Of a stretch of DNA of 64,000 nt, positions 1 to 15,400 are shown piece by piece; position 1 is the first letter of the stretch, and each line of letters begins with the position of its first letter. Made by a program: the position numbers and the translations under genes. Origin of the DNA: Phoronis australis (Eukaryota > Animalia > Phoronida); contig NMRA01000427.1 of NCBI GenBank assembly GCA_002633005.1, positions 325,924 through 389,923 of the forward strand. Reading direction: 5' to 3'. The notes beneath the pieces are model-generated. The model had not been told where the DNA came from. It worked only from the letters and a program-made list of their open reading frames with translations, and ran no database searches.

Positions 1-356
1 CATTTTGACAATCTTATTGCTTGCCAATTCCTGGATGCCGTTTGAGGACAGGTAAGGTATGGTAACATATGAGACACATTTTGTGTCGACACTAGGTAAC
101 CTGAATTATTAATTGTTTAAGGGTTAGACATGACTTTCCATCACGGGTACCATGCTATGATAAGATTTCAAACATGTTTTGCGTGGTCTGACATGGAGCG
201 AAATTGTGTTCCTTGAGTAGTAAGCACGAATAAAGAAACATCCTTTCAACATGTTCCATTATTCAAATTCCTAATGCTAAAATCTTCCCACTGGTTTTAA
301 TGGTTATCATCCATCCACTACAATACAAGTAACCTCGGTTCTCCTACATAACTCAC

Positions 357-431
357 CAGTTTTTGAAACCATTAAGTTGTCTAAATGTCTGTCACCAACG
401 CCAAGTAAGTATGTTATGACACAATAACCAG
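357..431 (-). CDS. PIK3C3: Vps34 exon, kinase catalytic loop ([25 protein letters not shown])
   Basis: 75 nt, CAG acceptor and GTGAG donor; contains the DRH catalytic motif. Confidence 0.95.
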
Positions 432-3400
432 CTGAAAATATAATACTTCCCGTTAATGCAAACTTTTCATCAACACCTAAAGAGCACTTGTGGCATTCGC
501 ATGCAATTCATATCTGCGTAGGAAGTCCATGTCATTCTTACGAAGCCCTTCGCCCATAGTGGACGATAGGTAATGAGTAAGAATTACTTTTGCATGTGTC
601 TGTCGAGAACCTATACTACAATGTGTCACTACAGCCTTTAGGCTGAGAAGACTTAACAGATGAACAATAATACACAAGTGTGACTGGTCATGTCTTTGGA
701 GTCCAAAAGAATGAAACAAGTTTAGGATGATTTAACATGCCAAGACTACTTCCCACAGGAAAACTGGAATTATTTTTCTTCTTCAAATCCAAACAAGTCA
801 TGACTTTCCAGCAGAAAAACTTAATGTCCTTACATAATAGCCACACTAATTGTCAGCCCGGGATGTGCACACACATCTCACTTTACAAGACCAGAAACAA
901 ACACTTTACCACAACTTTTGACATAGGCGTCGACCACCTCTGGCGATATGCCATAAGGCCCTGTCTCTGACGGTGCATGTTTTCGCAGGTAGTTCTGAAT
1001 ACTTCCGTCTTTTTCAAGGACAACAGCGATGTTGGAAGACTCCACAAACTCAACAAAACCTGACAAATGGAAGAGAAGGTGAGAAAGAATTACAAAATAT
1101 AAAATAAATTGCTGTTTACCAAGACCCAAGGGGTCTTTATTTTGTGACTCTAGACTGTGTTTACTCTTTCATTGTAAGTAAAAGCTGGTACACAGACACA
1201 TCGAGCCCAAAAAGAGGCTAGGTCACTATCTCAGCGCTCTAGAATATGACCTTTGCTTTGTCACAGCACTGAAGCCTATGTAACAATTTCCAAAGAATAC
1301 CTTAAAATGTGGCTAACAATTTGTCTAACTATTTTTAAATCTTCTGATGTAGATTAATTAAAGCACAATTTTTAATCGTTAATCTGTAATCAGAGAGATT
1401 TCTTTTTTATACACGATGCGTCTTTAAAATGCAGACAAATGTTTATTTGCTGTTATTTTTCAAATCTTGTATAAATTGTTTAAAACTGACAGTGTGTGAC
1501 ACGTTCACTTTTAATTAATGATCAGAAATATCGAGTCAAATTCATTTGGGTGAGATTTACAGAAATACTCCATCCATTGTTTACAAAAATGTGGACTCCA
1601 AGCTCTACAAAACATACAAAAGAGTCCAATACATCTCTAAACCAACCAAAAGCAAACTCTCTGCAGATGGCACCACCTTTGGATTAATTTTCAATAACCA
1701 GACTATAGAAGGATAAAAAAAACAGGTATCTAACAGAAACTTTGTGGTATCTAATGAAAGATGTATGGTAAAATCTCCGCAATTTTGAACACCATAAAGT
1801 GAACGGGTAAAAGTTCATTTTTTCACAAAAAATAGGCATCACCACAGCTACCATCAGACAATGTTTTCAGAAATTGTGGACATTATAAAACCGATGTTAG
1901 AAGCCCTTGAAAAAAGGAGAACAGGTCAATTCTGTCAATCATTGTTGTCCAAAATTGGTGAGACTTTACTGTAAACTTTACGAAATCAATACATATTACT
2001 GGAATATTTTCACACACCATGTCTTGAACTTGTCGCCAGCACTTTATAAGGGGTCAACTTGAGATCAAGATTCTCACGTCTCAGTAGTTTGTCCATCAGT
2101 GTGATCATTTGAAGGATGAGCTGGTCCTGACGAAGGTCGTCGCCATTTTTAAAGATGGCTGTGTATTCTCCGTTAGAGGTCGTCTTGAAAGTCAAGCGTG
2201 AAGGCATCAAGTTACTCTGAAAATGATGTGTGTTACTAATTTCAAGCGAAAGAAATTTTATATTGAATGTTCCTTAACGCACTTTGTTAAAACCAAGACA
2301 ACTTTCTTAACAAATGAATTCACAAAAAAGAATCAGTGGCATCAGAACGTCCCATCAAACAAAACTGGTTTTTATAATGAAAAAATGTCTGACATACTGT
2401 AAGAGCTACATAATTGTAACACGAAGTTTATCCAAGCTCAATAGAGTTCTGTCAAGTAGTTTATTTTAGTGAAGCAGAATGTTCATTCATTGTGATGTGA
2501 ACTTGTTGAACATACAGAAAACACAAGACCTCCAGTAAAGACAGATAATGTAAAATTAAAAATCTACCAAGTAAACAACCGATGCATAGCACAATGCATT
2601 TCTGAAAGACTCAACACACCACTTCCAAAAAAGCTCCCACAAGACGACAATTTTCACTTGCTGCATGAATACAGCACCAGCTCTTCCAAATTTACTTACT
2701 TTAAACAAGGTGGCTCTTTCTGGAATTATGGCAGTGATGAACTCTTCAGGGTCAACAGGAAGTGGAATGGGTTCAAAGTTCGCGAAGGTAAATCTTGACC
2801 CCTCAAACCCTGGTTCCAGCAACAAGGACTGTAGTTTCTCAATCTGAAAAATATATGAAATGTAATTGACTTGCAGTATAAGAACTCATCTAAGCACAGC
2901 ATGACTTTTCCAAAAAGAGCATATTTCACCAAAGGAATGATAGTCAGACATTTTGTTAATCCTTCTCTGGAAAGAATTAACAAAGAACTTAATAAACTTT
3001 AATCCAAACCTGCTGAACCTGCAACAATTTTCAAAAATATACCAGACAGACTTCGACAGAACTTGGATAAACCCCTTGCCAGAATTATTTGGCAGCCATG
3101 TTAGCCTCAGAAACAATTTCTATAAATAATTTCTAGACTGTGATGCGCTCATAGAGAAACCTTTTTCCAGTAATTATGAATTAGGATCACATAATCAAAT
3201 TTGGATCACATGACCAAATTTGGATCACATGACCAAACTTCTGACTTAAGTCACTTTTCATGAAACATACCCCTGAACAATGACAAAATCTGACAAAGTT
3301 TTGGCGCACAAAACTGTGACTATGTACTATTCTGGCTAAATCTCTTCAAAATCTCAACAGGTGATGCTCCAGGAATTTTGTCGAAATTGCTTCATTTCAT

Positions 3401-6400
3401 AAACAAGTAGCGGCTAGGTGCAATAAACTCTGTCTTAAGTCACTTTCACCAAACAGATTCCAGTTTATTTTGAAAATTATTGTTATCATTTAAGGGTCAG
3501 TCTCTTCCAACTTTCACCCTCCTTAATTTCATGCACATCACCATTCCTCCCCCCTCTTTTCAATAACATATCCCTGATGTTGGTATTGACCTCTGACCTT
3601 ACCTTCTTCTTCCTGTTACCACTTTCCCTAGCAACGGCCTTGACGATCGCCACTAGAGAGTCCATAAACATCCTCTGAGCATGGATCATTGACCGCATCG
3701 GCACTCCATTTACCTAAAAGAAAAGTGGAATCTTTCAATGTTAATTACTATTCTTAACACAACGATATGTAATTACAATTCTTATTTTCATTATTGCCAG
3801 TGCCACTTTATACAATGACTGTACGTCAAGTAAAGTTACAATATTCGATACCATCAAGTAATGCCCAAAATAGTTTCTGTAATCTGTAAAAAAAGAACAA
3901 ACTGACAATGGTATCACATTGAAAAGGCTCACTGTACACAGTCACAAAAAACATTCAAGATCAATCCCAAAAAATTGCTTATATAAAAATTCAAAAATAA
4001 CACATCGAGCCATAAACATTCTGAATGAAGAAACATTTATATATTCAAAGACTACGTAATTTTAAGGCCATGAAAACAAAAACAAACATTTTAATATTAG
4101 TTAAAACCTCCAACCTTGGTGGCAGTCAAATAATAAAGACCAAGAGAACCTCATCACTACAATTAAAAGGACACAAACAGTGAGTCTGACATCATTGACA
4201 GAGTATTTAGTGTCTGTTGTTTACTGCAACTCTGTTCATGACCTCACTGACTTCAGTTCTCCGAGTGACTATTTTGTTATGGACGTACACTGTGTGTGCC
4301 GTGCAAGGTAGAATTTAGCATGCTTTTCAGTAAAAATGTAAAAAGTATACCTACAGGATTTTACAACTCATCAATGCTGTACATACTAAGTGTATACGCG
4401 TGTGCAAAATTGGACACAATGCCTAATTAACAACTGTACAGCCTCCACTCACAGACTTAGCCTTGCATGTGAGGAAGCGCTTGAGAACCGTCATGTACAT
4501 CTCTGACACACTCTTGTCTCTGGCATTGGAGCCCGGCATGTCACTCTCCACTATCAAGTACCAGTAGAAGAAATTGGCCAGAGTGAAGTTGTTGCTGGCA
4601 CGGTAGATGAGAAATGTGGCCAAGTCCATCTACAATAAAATAAAGTCATTGATGAGAAATGGCAATACACTGGGCTGACAGACACAATGACAACGGCAGT
4701 GGTGGTGGTGGGGTCTTTATTCACGTGCATTCTGGGATAGTCGTCAACTCATAAATACCCAAAGACATTAAAATTGACTTGTGGACGACATGTAACCTGA
4801 CTTTAGTTTGAGTGGTGAGATTTAGCTTCGGAGTGATCGGATGTTGTTTACTTAAAGAATGTTCCTCGAGAGGAGGACGCAACGTAGCCATCTCCACGTA
4901 CCGTACGTCCAGTAATAGATTAATTGATTCTTATATTTCGCAAGAAAAATTTGCTAATCTATCCAATGCAGGCTCGGTGTCTGCTTTCATTTCTGGTCAC
5001 CCAAGCAACACACAGTGCAGATGATGATGATGATGACGACAATGATTTTGACAACATTAACGACATTAAATTAAATGACAACAGAATGAAGGTGCAGGGA
5101 GACTGATGTAAACAATCAAAGCAATTATTGAGGTGCAGTATATGCTACCTTTCACAAATACAAACTGAAGATGAGACCAGAAACAGCATAGTTGGCTCTG
5201 GTTGCACGTTTTCATAAAGCACGAGACACTGTCTGCAATTGATGCAGGTCGTTTTTCAGTCAGTGAGCAAAGGTCTCAAAATGAGTTGGGATACAGACAA
5301 GAACCTTTTTTAGCTAGCCCAGTCACACATAAACACATTTTTGACTGTTTGCTTCTTCAGAAATCATGTTGTCGCACAGTGTAGCACAACAACACTCGAT
5401 GAATGCAAAGTAATGGTAGTGCCTGTAAACCACTAGCCCCGCCCACTACAGCGATGTCATCAACTGACCTCCTCCTCGACCTTTGTCTGTTGTGGAACTT
5501 CTGACTCAGCCACAAGATCTGCCAAGATGGCTAACGGTTGTAAGATGTCGCTGTTGTCATCGCTTTGTCTAATAAAAAATGTCATGTAAAGAATCGACAT
5601 CAAACGTATGCATTACCCATAATGGCAAACAATTGTCACATTGTCAAGTGTAATTCACCTTCTGTGTGGATATTTATGAACATGAGCCTGTACAGAATAC
5701 TTCATCTACAATCTACATGCACTTTGAAAACACAATGTGACTTTTGCTTGACCCATTTTCTAATTCTGGTACACAAGATGGACCAAGTTGACAGGAATGA
5801 AACAGAATTTCAACCATTCAGAGATATATTAAGACGTCGGACATTCTTGATGTGTAAATCGTTTGAATATCCTACCTCACAACAGCATGGTCATCTTGAA
5901 GAACTCATAAAAAATGCTGGTAAATATCCCACTGCAGAACACAGTCCATCAACTACACTACCGCCACCTGGTGACAAGGCGTACTTCATCATTGTCACCC
6001 TATATTCAGCATATGCTATTCAGCAGAACACTTACAGCAAAACTAAGCTCAGGGTAAAGTTTGAGTTCCATTACAACTGTAGCTGTTGATATGGTTTTAA
6101 TTAAGATTAAATAATTCATAAAAATGCATGAAGACAAGATAAAGACACGGATAAGCACTGTGACAAAGCCATACACATGTACCAGGACATCTTACGTGTA
6201 TTAGGTGAAACGTACACAGATGTGACTAATCAAAACACTTGGCCGAAAACTTTTTGAAAAAACAATATATGTATTTTGAATAAAATAGGATGTGCCTACA
6301 TGCCTGTGTTTAAGATTGTTCAAGGACTGTAATAACTTCAGTTACCAACAGAAAAGGTGAAATTAAACCAGTGGTAAGGCAAGTAACTTTAATAGGTAAC

Positions 6401-9400
6401 AAGGCTTCATCTTACCGATCTGATTCAGTCCTAGCAGCGGGCTCATGACCTCGTGCACTACCCCCAGTGTCTCTTCGAGGGGCCTGGAATGTGTCAGCCT
6501 TCAGACCGTTGTTGATCTCATCAAAGTTCTCGTACTTGAGCGCCTGCACCAGCTGCAACAGATACAGCAGGAGGTCCTGGAAGGAAACAAACATTTTACG
6601 TGTCTCTCGGTGTAACGGGGTTAGCAATTTCTACGGGAACCATGTTCAGCACATCTTACAGCTGAGGATCGGTGATGCTCAGGGAATTTCCATCGATCCC
6701 GATTTAAGATTTTAATAATCTGTATCAACCATTTTAATCTATGAATTTATATGAAGAGTGTGACATGATAAAAATGGTTCATAAGAATTCCTATTAATAC
6801 AATTTTTCAAGCAAGGTTTATTTATTCATCATGATAATTTTGTATCATTAAAAATGACAGACCATCAATGAAACGAGGTTTTTCAAGAATGATAATTATT
6901 TATCATCGGATTGATGGCAATTTATCATCTTGCTTGATGTGTACTCAAATCAACCAAAATGGGGATATGAGGAGCCAATTAGTGTCCATTAAATTGAGAA
7001 ACAGATACTTCAAATCTCCAGTGGCCTGCCCCAATTCAAAACCACAACACGTTCAACCAAGCCCTCCCTCACTGGCACAAACACGCTACCTCATCTTCTG
7101 CTTCTTGAAGACGTGTCACTGCATACTTTCTGACTGAAGGATGAGTGAACGCTGGCGAAAGTAGTTCCAGTGCATCCTCCACATCCATTGGAGCCCACTT
7201 GACCAGCAGTTCTAGCGCCATCTTCTCTTCCTGTGGCTGGGACCAGTTGACGCACTTTAAGAACTTGGTCAGTGCCTGAAACAAGGTCACATGACAACTG
7301 TAAGAATATAAACTAAAAAAGAACAAGACAAGATGTCTCTCTGAAGAGTTAAAACGTACTAGTTACTGAGCACAGTTCAGTTCAGACCAGACTGAACACA
7401 AATAAAACCTTTTCTAAGATTTCAGCAAGTGGAAATGCTGAATTCATCTTTAACAATACATTCAAATTTTGATCAAAATGTTCTCTGACAGTCCGTTACA
7501 AATGGCATTGACCCAATATAAAAATCAAAAACATCTGTAGACCCACATGATTCTATGGAAATAAACTTTTTACTGTAAATGAGGGCATTGATTGCATGTG
7601 TAAACCTAAAGGCGATAACCTTCAGGCTGTTGACTTTGTCATCAAATGAAAAATACAATCTATCACAGGTCAGTTCCAGCCTCTAACATCAAAGTTCAAA
7701 TCTGAAAGGAATTTTCATGGCTATGGTACAAATCCCAATGTGTAAAGCTGAGCGCAAATGCAAATGTATAAAGGTGTGCACAAATTTCCCACATGGACAG
7801 GTGAACACAAGTCTGCTTGCAGTCAGTTGGGTAACAGTCAGTAATTGACAACAAAATTAATGTACCTCATGTGCATGACTTTTGTTAACAACAAAGACTA
7901 TATACACTACTAGGCTGAAGGAACAGCAGCACAATACGCTGAACGTGTGTTTACTACCAGGTTCATAACACTACCCTAGCCAGCCTTAGCTTAGTATTCA
8001 CGTAATCATTCACATCGTAGTAACGCCCGGTCCAGTCACCAGATCCACTACTCGCGACTCTGCGCTGTATGCGCCAAAGTTTGCCGATATTTGCAACAGT
8101 ACAGGAACCCTCATAATAGTCTTCCAGGAGAGGACGCACAACGGCAAAAACTAACCAATTACGGAAAATTGATACTTCCTTTTTCAAGAACTTTGAATAT
8201 TGTTGTGAATACCCACACATTTTCAAAACCTTGTGCAATGGTAGGTATGGTAGGTATGGTACAGAACTAGTACATGGTAAAGCATCAATTCAGTGATACA
8301 GGAAAATAAGAAAACATAATTTCACTCGTCCACCACACTGTGCGAGACTTATGTTAAAGTCCAACTTAAACTTACCTTTTTCTGGTTGCTGAGGTAAAAC
8401 CTGAACTTCCATACCAAATCCTGTTCCTCGGAAGTCAATGTCTTTGTGGGAGGGTACGCGACAATAATCTGCGAGAGAGAATATCAGAAATTCGGTCTTA
8501 CGCTCCCACATCACAATTATGAATGGATAACAGTCTAGAAATAATTAATAGGAATTATTTCAGTAACTAGCAGTTTTAACTGTCAGAAGTTTGATCTCGC
8601 GCTCCACACAGGCATTTCTGAAAGATAATTAAATCTCATTTGAGCAAAAGTGCGTAGTCTCTCAAAAAACAGACAAAAGGTCAGACAGTCACGAAAAACT
8701 GCTGCAGTATTTTTTTTCGAAAATTAAGACATCCATTCTCTCCTCTCACTAAATATCGGAATTCTTAGAGCAGAGTAATTTCCAAAATATATGGTGTTAT
8801 TTTTGCCAGATGAAGCTCGACAAACATGTCCTTGAACAGGAAATCAAACACAAAATTATTCTCAACATTTTCTGACCTACTTTTGTTTGAACTCCACATA
8901 CATGCTCATACATGTTTTGTTTGCATGGATGTCTGGTTACTCCTCATATGCACTTCATAACCTCAGCTCCGTAAGCCAGGTGAATACTTAACTGTACCAT
9001 CACCAGCATGGCCATATTTAATCATGAATAGATAACAAGGTGATGGTTCTAGGAAAACCTAATAACATCATTTCCATTTTCTGAGATTCTTTTGTACTTC
9101 CAAACACTGAGAAAGAAAATAGTCATTATAGTTTTTCGATCACTGTGAGTCGTAATTCGTTACGTCAAAACTTGACAAGTTTTATATCCCGTGTACGACC
9201 AGCATTCTTAACGAGCGTAAGACGGGAAATACCTCATTCATCGACAAAGACCTGGCGGACCAGGTCCAAACGTCTGCAAACAACCAACCACGTCTCTAAG
9301 TAAGTGAACATTACAAGTTTATGTGACAAAAGTGTGCAGCTAATTTTCAAATGATTATTAAAGTATTCATTTACTTCTAACATACAGCACAATTTCAAAC

Positions 9401-12400
9401 AAAACATAATGACCAAAGTTGTCACTTTACATTTTTCAAAGGCAGGATTACTTTGCTGCATATACGTACTATGTTTTCAGTTGGCATGTTTAGTCTCATG
9501 ACAACTGCACGCTAGAAACCACGCAGATTTTAAGAGTAACTTGTTATTTTAGTTAAAAAATAAAAATTACAATGAAATTGATGATCATTATTATGATAAA
9601 TATATGAGCAGTTAGGCATATACAGTACAGGCAATAAAACCATCAAATCAAATACCGCACACAAGATTTCTTAGCAGATTAATACAAAATAATGAACCTC
9701 ACAACAAATTATGAGTTCTTAATTTCTGCTAGATTAAAACAGAACTAACTGCTTTATGATGACATTAAGTTTACATTAGTCTGTCTCGTGTTGTCAGATA
9801 ATGGTGCAGTCTTGGCTAATCTCCATACTCGCAAACAAAATTAAATTATCATTTATGCAATTTTCGCTAAAATCTACTTTTTTCCAACAGTGCTTAAGTG
9901 CATCATGGTTTACGAAGTTAACTAAGATGATTGCCTAACGTTACCTATAATTCAAGACTAAGTCAAAGTTCTTGCTCAAAATCTTAAGTTTTTACGCGAT
10001 TTTGCAGCTAGAATTTATCAACACAAGTGCAAACTAGGACTAGACACTCATTTGCACACACCACACCAGGGTACATAGAAACTGGCCCCTATCTTGAGTA
10101 CTTTGTACTAAACAAGAACAGAAATATAATAATTATTGTAAATGTGTTTTGAGATCAATTTCAGTTACAAATACCAAGCCTCTGATGCAATTAAAAATTT
10201 TAAGCCACATACACATTGGAGGCAGTTGTTTTGAGCAACTAAAACAGAACAACTGATCGGGTGCAAGTGTGTGTGTGAACACAACTGACACGGAGCAAGT
10301 TGACACGGCCGCAGCAGTCATTTTTGACACCAGCTTGAGAGAGGTAGAGCAAGTTACACTGGATCAGTTGCTCCAGAGTCAACTACACATGTCATCTAAA
10401 CCAAACTAAAGCAAGGAGGAATGTATCAGCCGTTGTTACACTTAGGTAATACTGTATATACAGGTGACATGCTGACATTCCATTTGCTATTGTTTGTGCA
10501 GTCTTCATGTAAATTACTCACATGCTGATCTCGTTTGTGATCTAATGTCGTGTAAATGCGACTTGAGTGGAGCAAGTCACGCAGTGACAAGATGCGCCAC
10601 GACAACTCGTACCGTGACAATTGTTCCCCGTGCAAAAACTGCTTTAGACCTTGGGCACAGGATTAAACTAGATAAAAGGCATTCACTAATTGTAACTAAA
10701 ACAAAAGAACAAGGACAACCACACTCGCTTAAAGCATACATCTCTCTAGACTTCTAAATGGAATTGTGTGAATTTTAATATGCGTACAATCTGATGAATA
10801 TGAACAACATATGCCTGAAAATTATAATCTTTAAAAAAAGCAAATTATCACGTGAATGACATACAAGCAGTATATATACTAGAAAATTAAGATTTCAGTA
10901 AACAAATTTTGACAAAGTGTAGTTTCTCGCAAAGGTCTGAAAATATCAAATATTGAAATTTTAAAGACGAAGCAATCATCTTCCTGCATTTCTTATACTC
11001 ATTCATGGAACGAAAAAGTTAATAACTTTCAATGAATATATTCAGCATGTTCCCATTAAATGATTTATCATTTTTGATAAACTGCTACTGATTATGGCCC
11101 CAGTTATTTAGAAAATTATCAGTACTGACAATAAAGGATTCCAGTTTTCTCAATGGCCCAACGAAAATTCAACTGCATGAAGTATGCCAAGGAACATGCA
11201 TCTGCAACAGTTTGACTCCTCCATAGCCAATAATCATCCCTTTTTAGAACATTACAAGATCCTGCAGCAAGTAAACCAAGGTCAATACGAGTTTGTTTAC
11301 AAACTTTAAGCGTGGTTTTGAAATTGAGTTTGCCCACATTTTTGAAAATATAAATACCATTAAGAAACTGTGATCAACTGTGTAACTAAACAAATGATTA
11401 CATTGTTTACTTACATTCAACTGGTCTCTGTTGGCAGCGTTGGGCTTGAGATCCCTGTCTGATGGACCACTACGTAGGCTCCTAGCCAGCTTGTGGTGTT
11501 TGCTTTCCACCAGGTTTTCCTGAAACAGTTTGGACGACGATGATTTCCCCAGAATCAACTTGACAATCACTTTCGCCGGCAAGTTCGTGGTCATTGCAAA
11601 TGATGGAATTTGATTGGCTGCATATAAGTACCCATCCATAAGTCAGGAGGCAGATAATTCCAAATTATCGATGATTCATTGCGCATATCACAGACACTTA
11701 GAAGTAAACTCAGAAACAGTCAGACAAGAATATCAACAGGTGACAACATGTGCCTGGTGTAATGACTCAAGTAGAGACCAGCATATACGGAAGAGCATAA
11801 TGACTGTCCGCTCTTGATCTATAAGGGTTATTGCATGACAGGGTTAAAGGTCACCAGTTCATGTTAAAAGGTCAAAGAGCCTAGTAGGCAAGGAAAAATT
11901 TGATGTTGCTGTTGTTATAATATTGATTTCGTTTTATCATTATCATCATTGCTTTTATAAGGTCCCCACCGATAGAGGGCGACTTGGCTCATTGGTTTTG
12001 TCAGAAAATGCTACAATAAATCAATGTATATTTGTTTGAATGCAAGAGTAAACTTGACTTCTAACAAATAACTGAAAATATAAACCACAGATTTCTAACA
12101 AACTTTCAGAATATGAATACGCTGTTGATTTCTGGTGCAATCAAGATTCGATAAACTTTAGGGCTTTATAATATCCTTGAGTTTTCAAAGTTATGAAATC
12201 AATTTTGACTCCTTGACTCAATTTTAGGATACTTCAAACAAGAGCAGCGCAAAATGCTGAAATGCGCCCAAGGCTGCAATGCAAATGGAATGCTTATAGG
12301 GGTATTAATTAGTAAAAATGGCCACTAGATAGCGCAGACTACATCAAATTCATCTGAAAATCAAGAGGCGTATTGGTTTTCATAGTAAAAACCTATTGTC

Positions 12401-15400
12401 AAAGTGTCTCCAGAAACTCCGAACATACAGAGAGAAACATAAATAATTAAAATTGCTACCAGAGTGAACAGCGGTAATGGGATCCATCCTGAAGAGGTCA
12501 CCTTATCCTGCCATGTTCATAGGAATACACTAAACAAACTTCACAAATGTCCTACAAGGAGCTAAGGAGATACAGCGGCAGATGCAACAAAAAATTGCCA
12601 CTAGGGGGCACCACAACAATAGTCGTACCTGTCCGAAAATCAAAGTCAGTCATGGTCTTTTCAGTAATCATACATCTGCCAATTTTCATAATTCTTCGAG
12701 CCATTTGGCAGATAGAGAAGAGGGTGTCAAAAAACTCAGAAAACTAACGTGGCTACCAATGATTAAACATGTCCAAAAACGGAGAGACATTGTCAACCTT
12801 GTAACAGAAAGCTATTTGCTTGCATGCAAATCCTTCAAGGAACTCTGAAGATACAGAGAGCAATGTAAAAAAGTTGCCACTAGTGGACGCAGTCAGATCC
12901 CTAAAAAAGTCATCGCCATTCAATGCTACATTCACAGGAAAACACTTGTCACTAGAGTGTGCCACAGTAGTACAACTTGTTTGAAAATCAATGTCAGCCA
13001 TTATTTTCTTTACCAATTTCTAAAATAATTCTTTCAGCACTTCGATGGATTGAGAGGCGGGCGTCAAAAAACAAATTAAAACGTAGAAAATGGCCACAAA
13101 GTACTAAATATGTCAAATCCATTCAGAAAGACATTGTCACCTCCTTAATAGAAAACTTTTTGTCAAATTCCAAGAAAATGCATCAAGGAACTCCAAAAAC
13201 AGACACAAAAACTAAAATTGCCACTAGGGAGCTCAGCAATAGTCAGATCGGTCTGAAACTCATGGTCATAAGCTGTCCTCATCTGCCCAAATCTCATTAC
13301 GAACCTAAAATCGGTTTAGGAGATACAGCAGCGGACACCAGACGTCTAGACAAAGATGACGGCAATATACAACCACATAAATAAAATATGTGTGGTTATG
13401 TAGGCACATAATAAAGGTCGAGATGAGGTTTTCCCGATTGTGACTGGACCAATGAAATAATCAATCATCACATATTTCAGTTCTTTGGTAGCTACCAGAA
13501 AAAGGTATTTTAGGCCCTGAATTACTCAATAGTGCAGATTATGTCCCACATGAAGAATCTGGATATCAAAGAGAATTTGATCTTGCTGTAATATACGATG
13601 ACATAACTGAGGCTATAACCCTCATTTCTTGGTGTTGGCAAATTATTTCTATGGAATTTTGATCCCCATACATACCATATCGACATAATAAAATTGCCAT
13701 ACACAGCAATCTCAATTTGATTAGCAAGAATATAATTTTCGTTAGCTTTTCAAATGTTTCGTTATTACTAACAAGGACAATGTGCTCCAACACAGTTTTC
13801 GTGCAACTTGTTTTAACAAATGGTAACGATCTCTGACCACATTGCTTTTGACATGGGTTCGATGTCATAGCCACAAAATATTCATACACCTTCATAGTGC
13901 ATTGATTTGGATGAACTAATCCATTTCAGTCATTTTTAGTACAGACCACTGTAATTTGAAGGGAATGTTAATCTAAGCAAACCACCGAGTACCAACAGTG
14001 TGACCAATCAAGATATTTTAACAAAATATAAAAATGTTGCATGAAAGACATGGGGACCGTTCCAACAAAACTGACTTAGCTAAGACAAACCTTAAATTTT
14101 CAATTTAGTAAATTTTGAAATAAAACTTAAATTTGTCTCAAAACCAATTCAAGAAAGAGATCTTAAGTTTGACTTAAGTGTGTGACATAAGTATTGTCTA
14201 AATGTGGAAGTTTCAAAGTTTGGAGTTTAAGAAAAATCTTAAACTTAAGTCAAAAATGAACATAAATCAGTTTCTTGGAACAGGCCCATGACTGATATCA
14301 GTTATAGTCCAGACTCTTGAAGACAAATGTTGACTAATTGTACCATGTCTAACGTCATCAATGTAAGTTTCTCTTAGAATAGTGAGAAAATGGGTAAAAT
14401 CTAATAAGGTTTCCTTTAATGAAAGTGACTTGAGACTAAAAACAGAAATTTGGTCTTATACTCCCACTTCAGAAATGCTGAAAAAGGGTTTAACCAAGGC
14501 ATGTAATTATGAATGTATCACAGGCTGGAAATAATTTACAGAAATTATCTTCGTAACTAACAGTCGTGTGTATATTCCCAGAGATTTTGAACTTCCGCAC
14601 AAGTGAGATTTAATTATTTCAAAGAAATAGTTAGTATGTGGGACATAAGAAGAAATTTCAGTCTTAAGTCACCTTTTACAACATGTCTCTGCAGGAAAGT
14701 TTAGCAAAAAAACAAAGGTACACTCAACAGTGTGAATAACAAGACCACATTTTGTTTTGTAAAAATATTCAAGATGAAATTTACAAAGATGCTGTTAGGG
14801 CTGTTCCAGCAAAATCTGTGTGGGAGGGGGGGAAGGCAACTGAAATAAAAAACTACGGGTGGTTGCGTTTGATTTAAATTCAAAATGACTGGTGGTCGTA
14901 CTTCAAAAAAATAAAAATTTACAGGCCGTTGTTGTTTCATTGGGCCATAAATGTTTGATGGTGGGTAATTTTACTAAATTTTATAAACAATCCGCACAGA
15001 ATCAAAAACTGAAACAAAAATGCAACTTGCAAAAAGCTCCGACTTTTTCACTCCCTCCGATCTCCTCATTGGCATGCCCATAACACCATTTAACCACAGG
15101 TGCTCGAATTTCTCGATGGCTAATCACCATATATAAGAAACATATGTTTTCGTAGTAATGAATGATGTTAGTGGTGATGGAGGAACACATAAACTCAAGC
15201 GCCTGTGCAGTCAACCACAAGAACAAAAAAAAAATTACGGGTGGTTGCATTTCAAAATTATAAAAAATTACGGGTGGTAGGCTGAAGAAATAAATGAAAA
15301 ATATGGGTGGTGGGTGCGAAAAAAGGTGCCTTCCCCCCCTCCCATACAGATTTTACTGGAACAGCCCTTACAAATATCGCATTGTTTTTGTTTTGTACAA

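Noticed and set aside
5565-6089. 174-aa plus-strand ORF in a Vps34 intron
   Set aside because: Non-ATG start, no recognisable domain or splice context; likely chance.
10791-10825. CTGATGA...GAAA hammerhead-like string
   Set aside because: Extra unpaired bases between the stem and GAAA, and no proper stem III, cleavage site or stem I.
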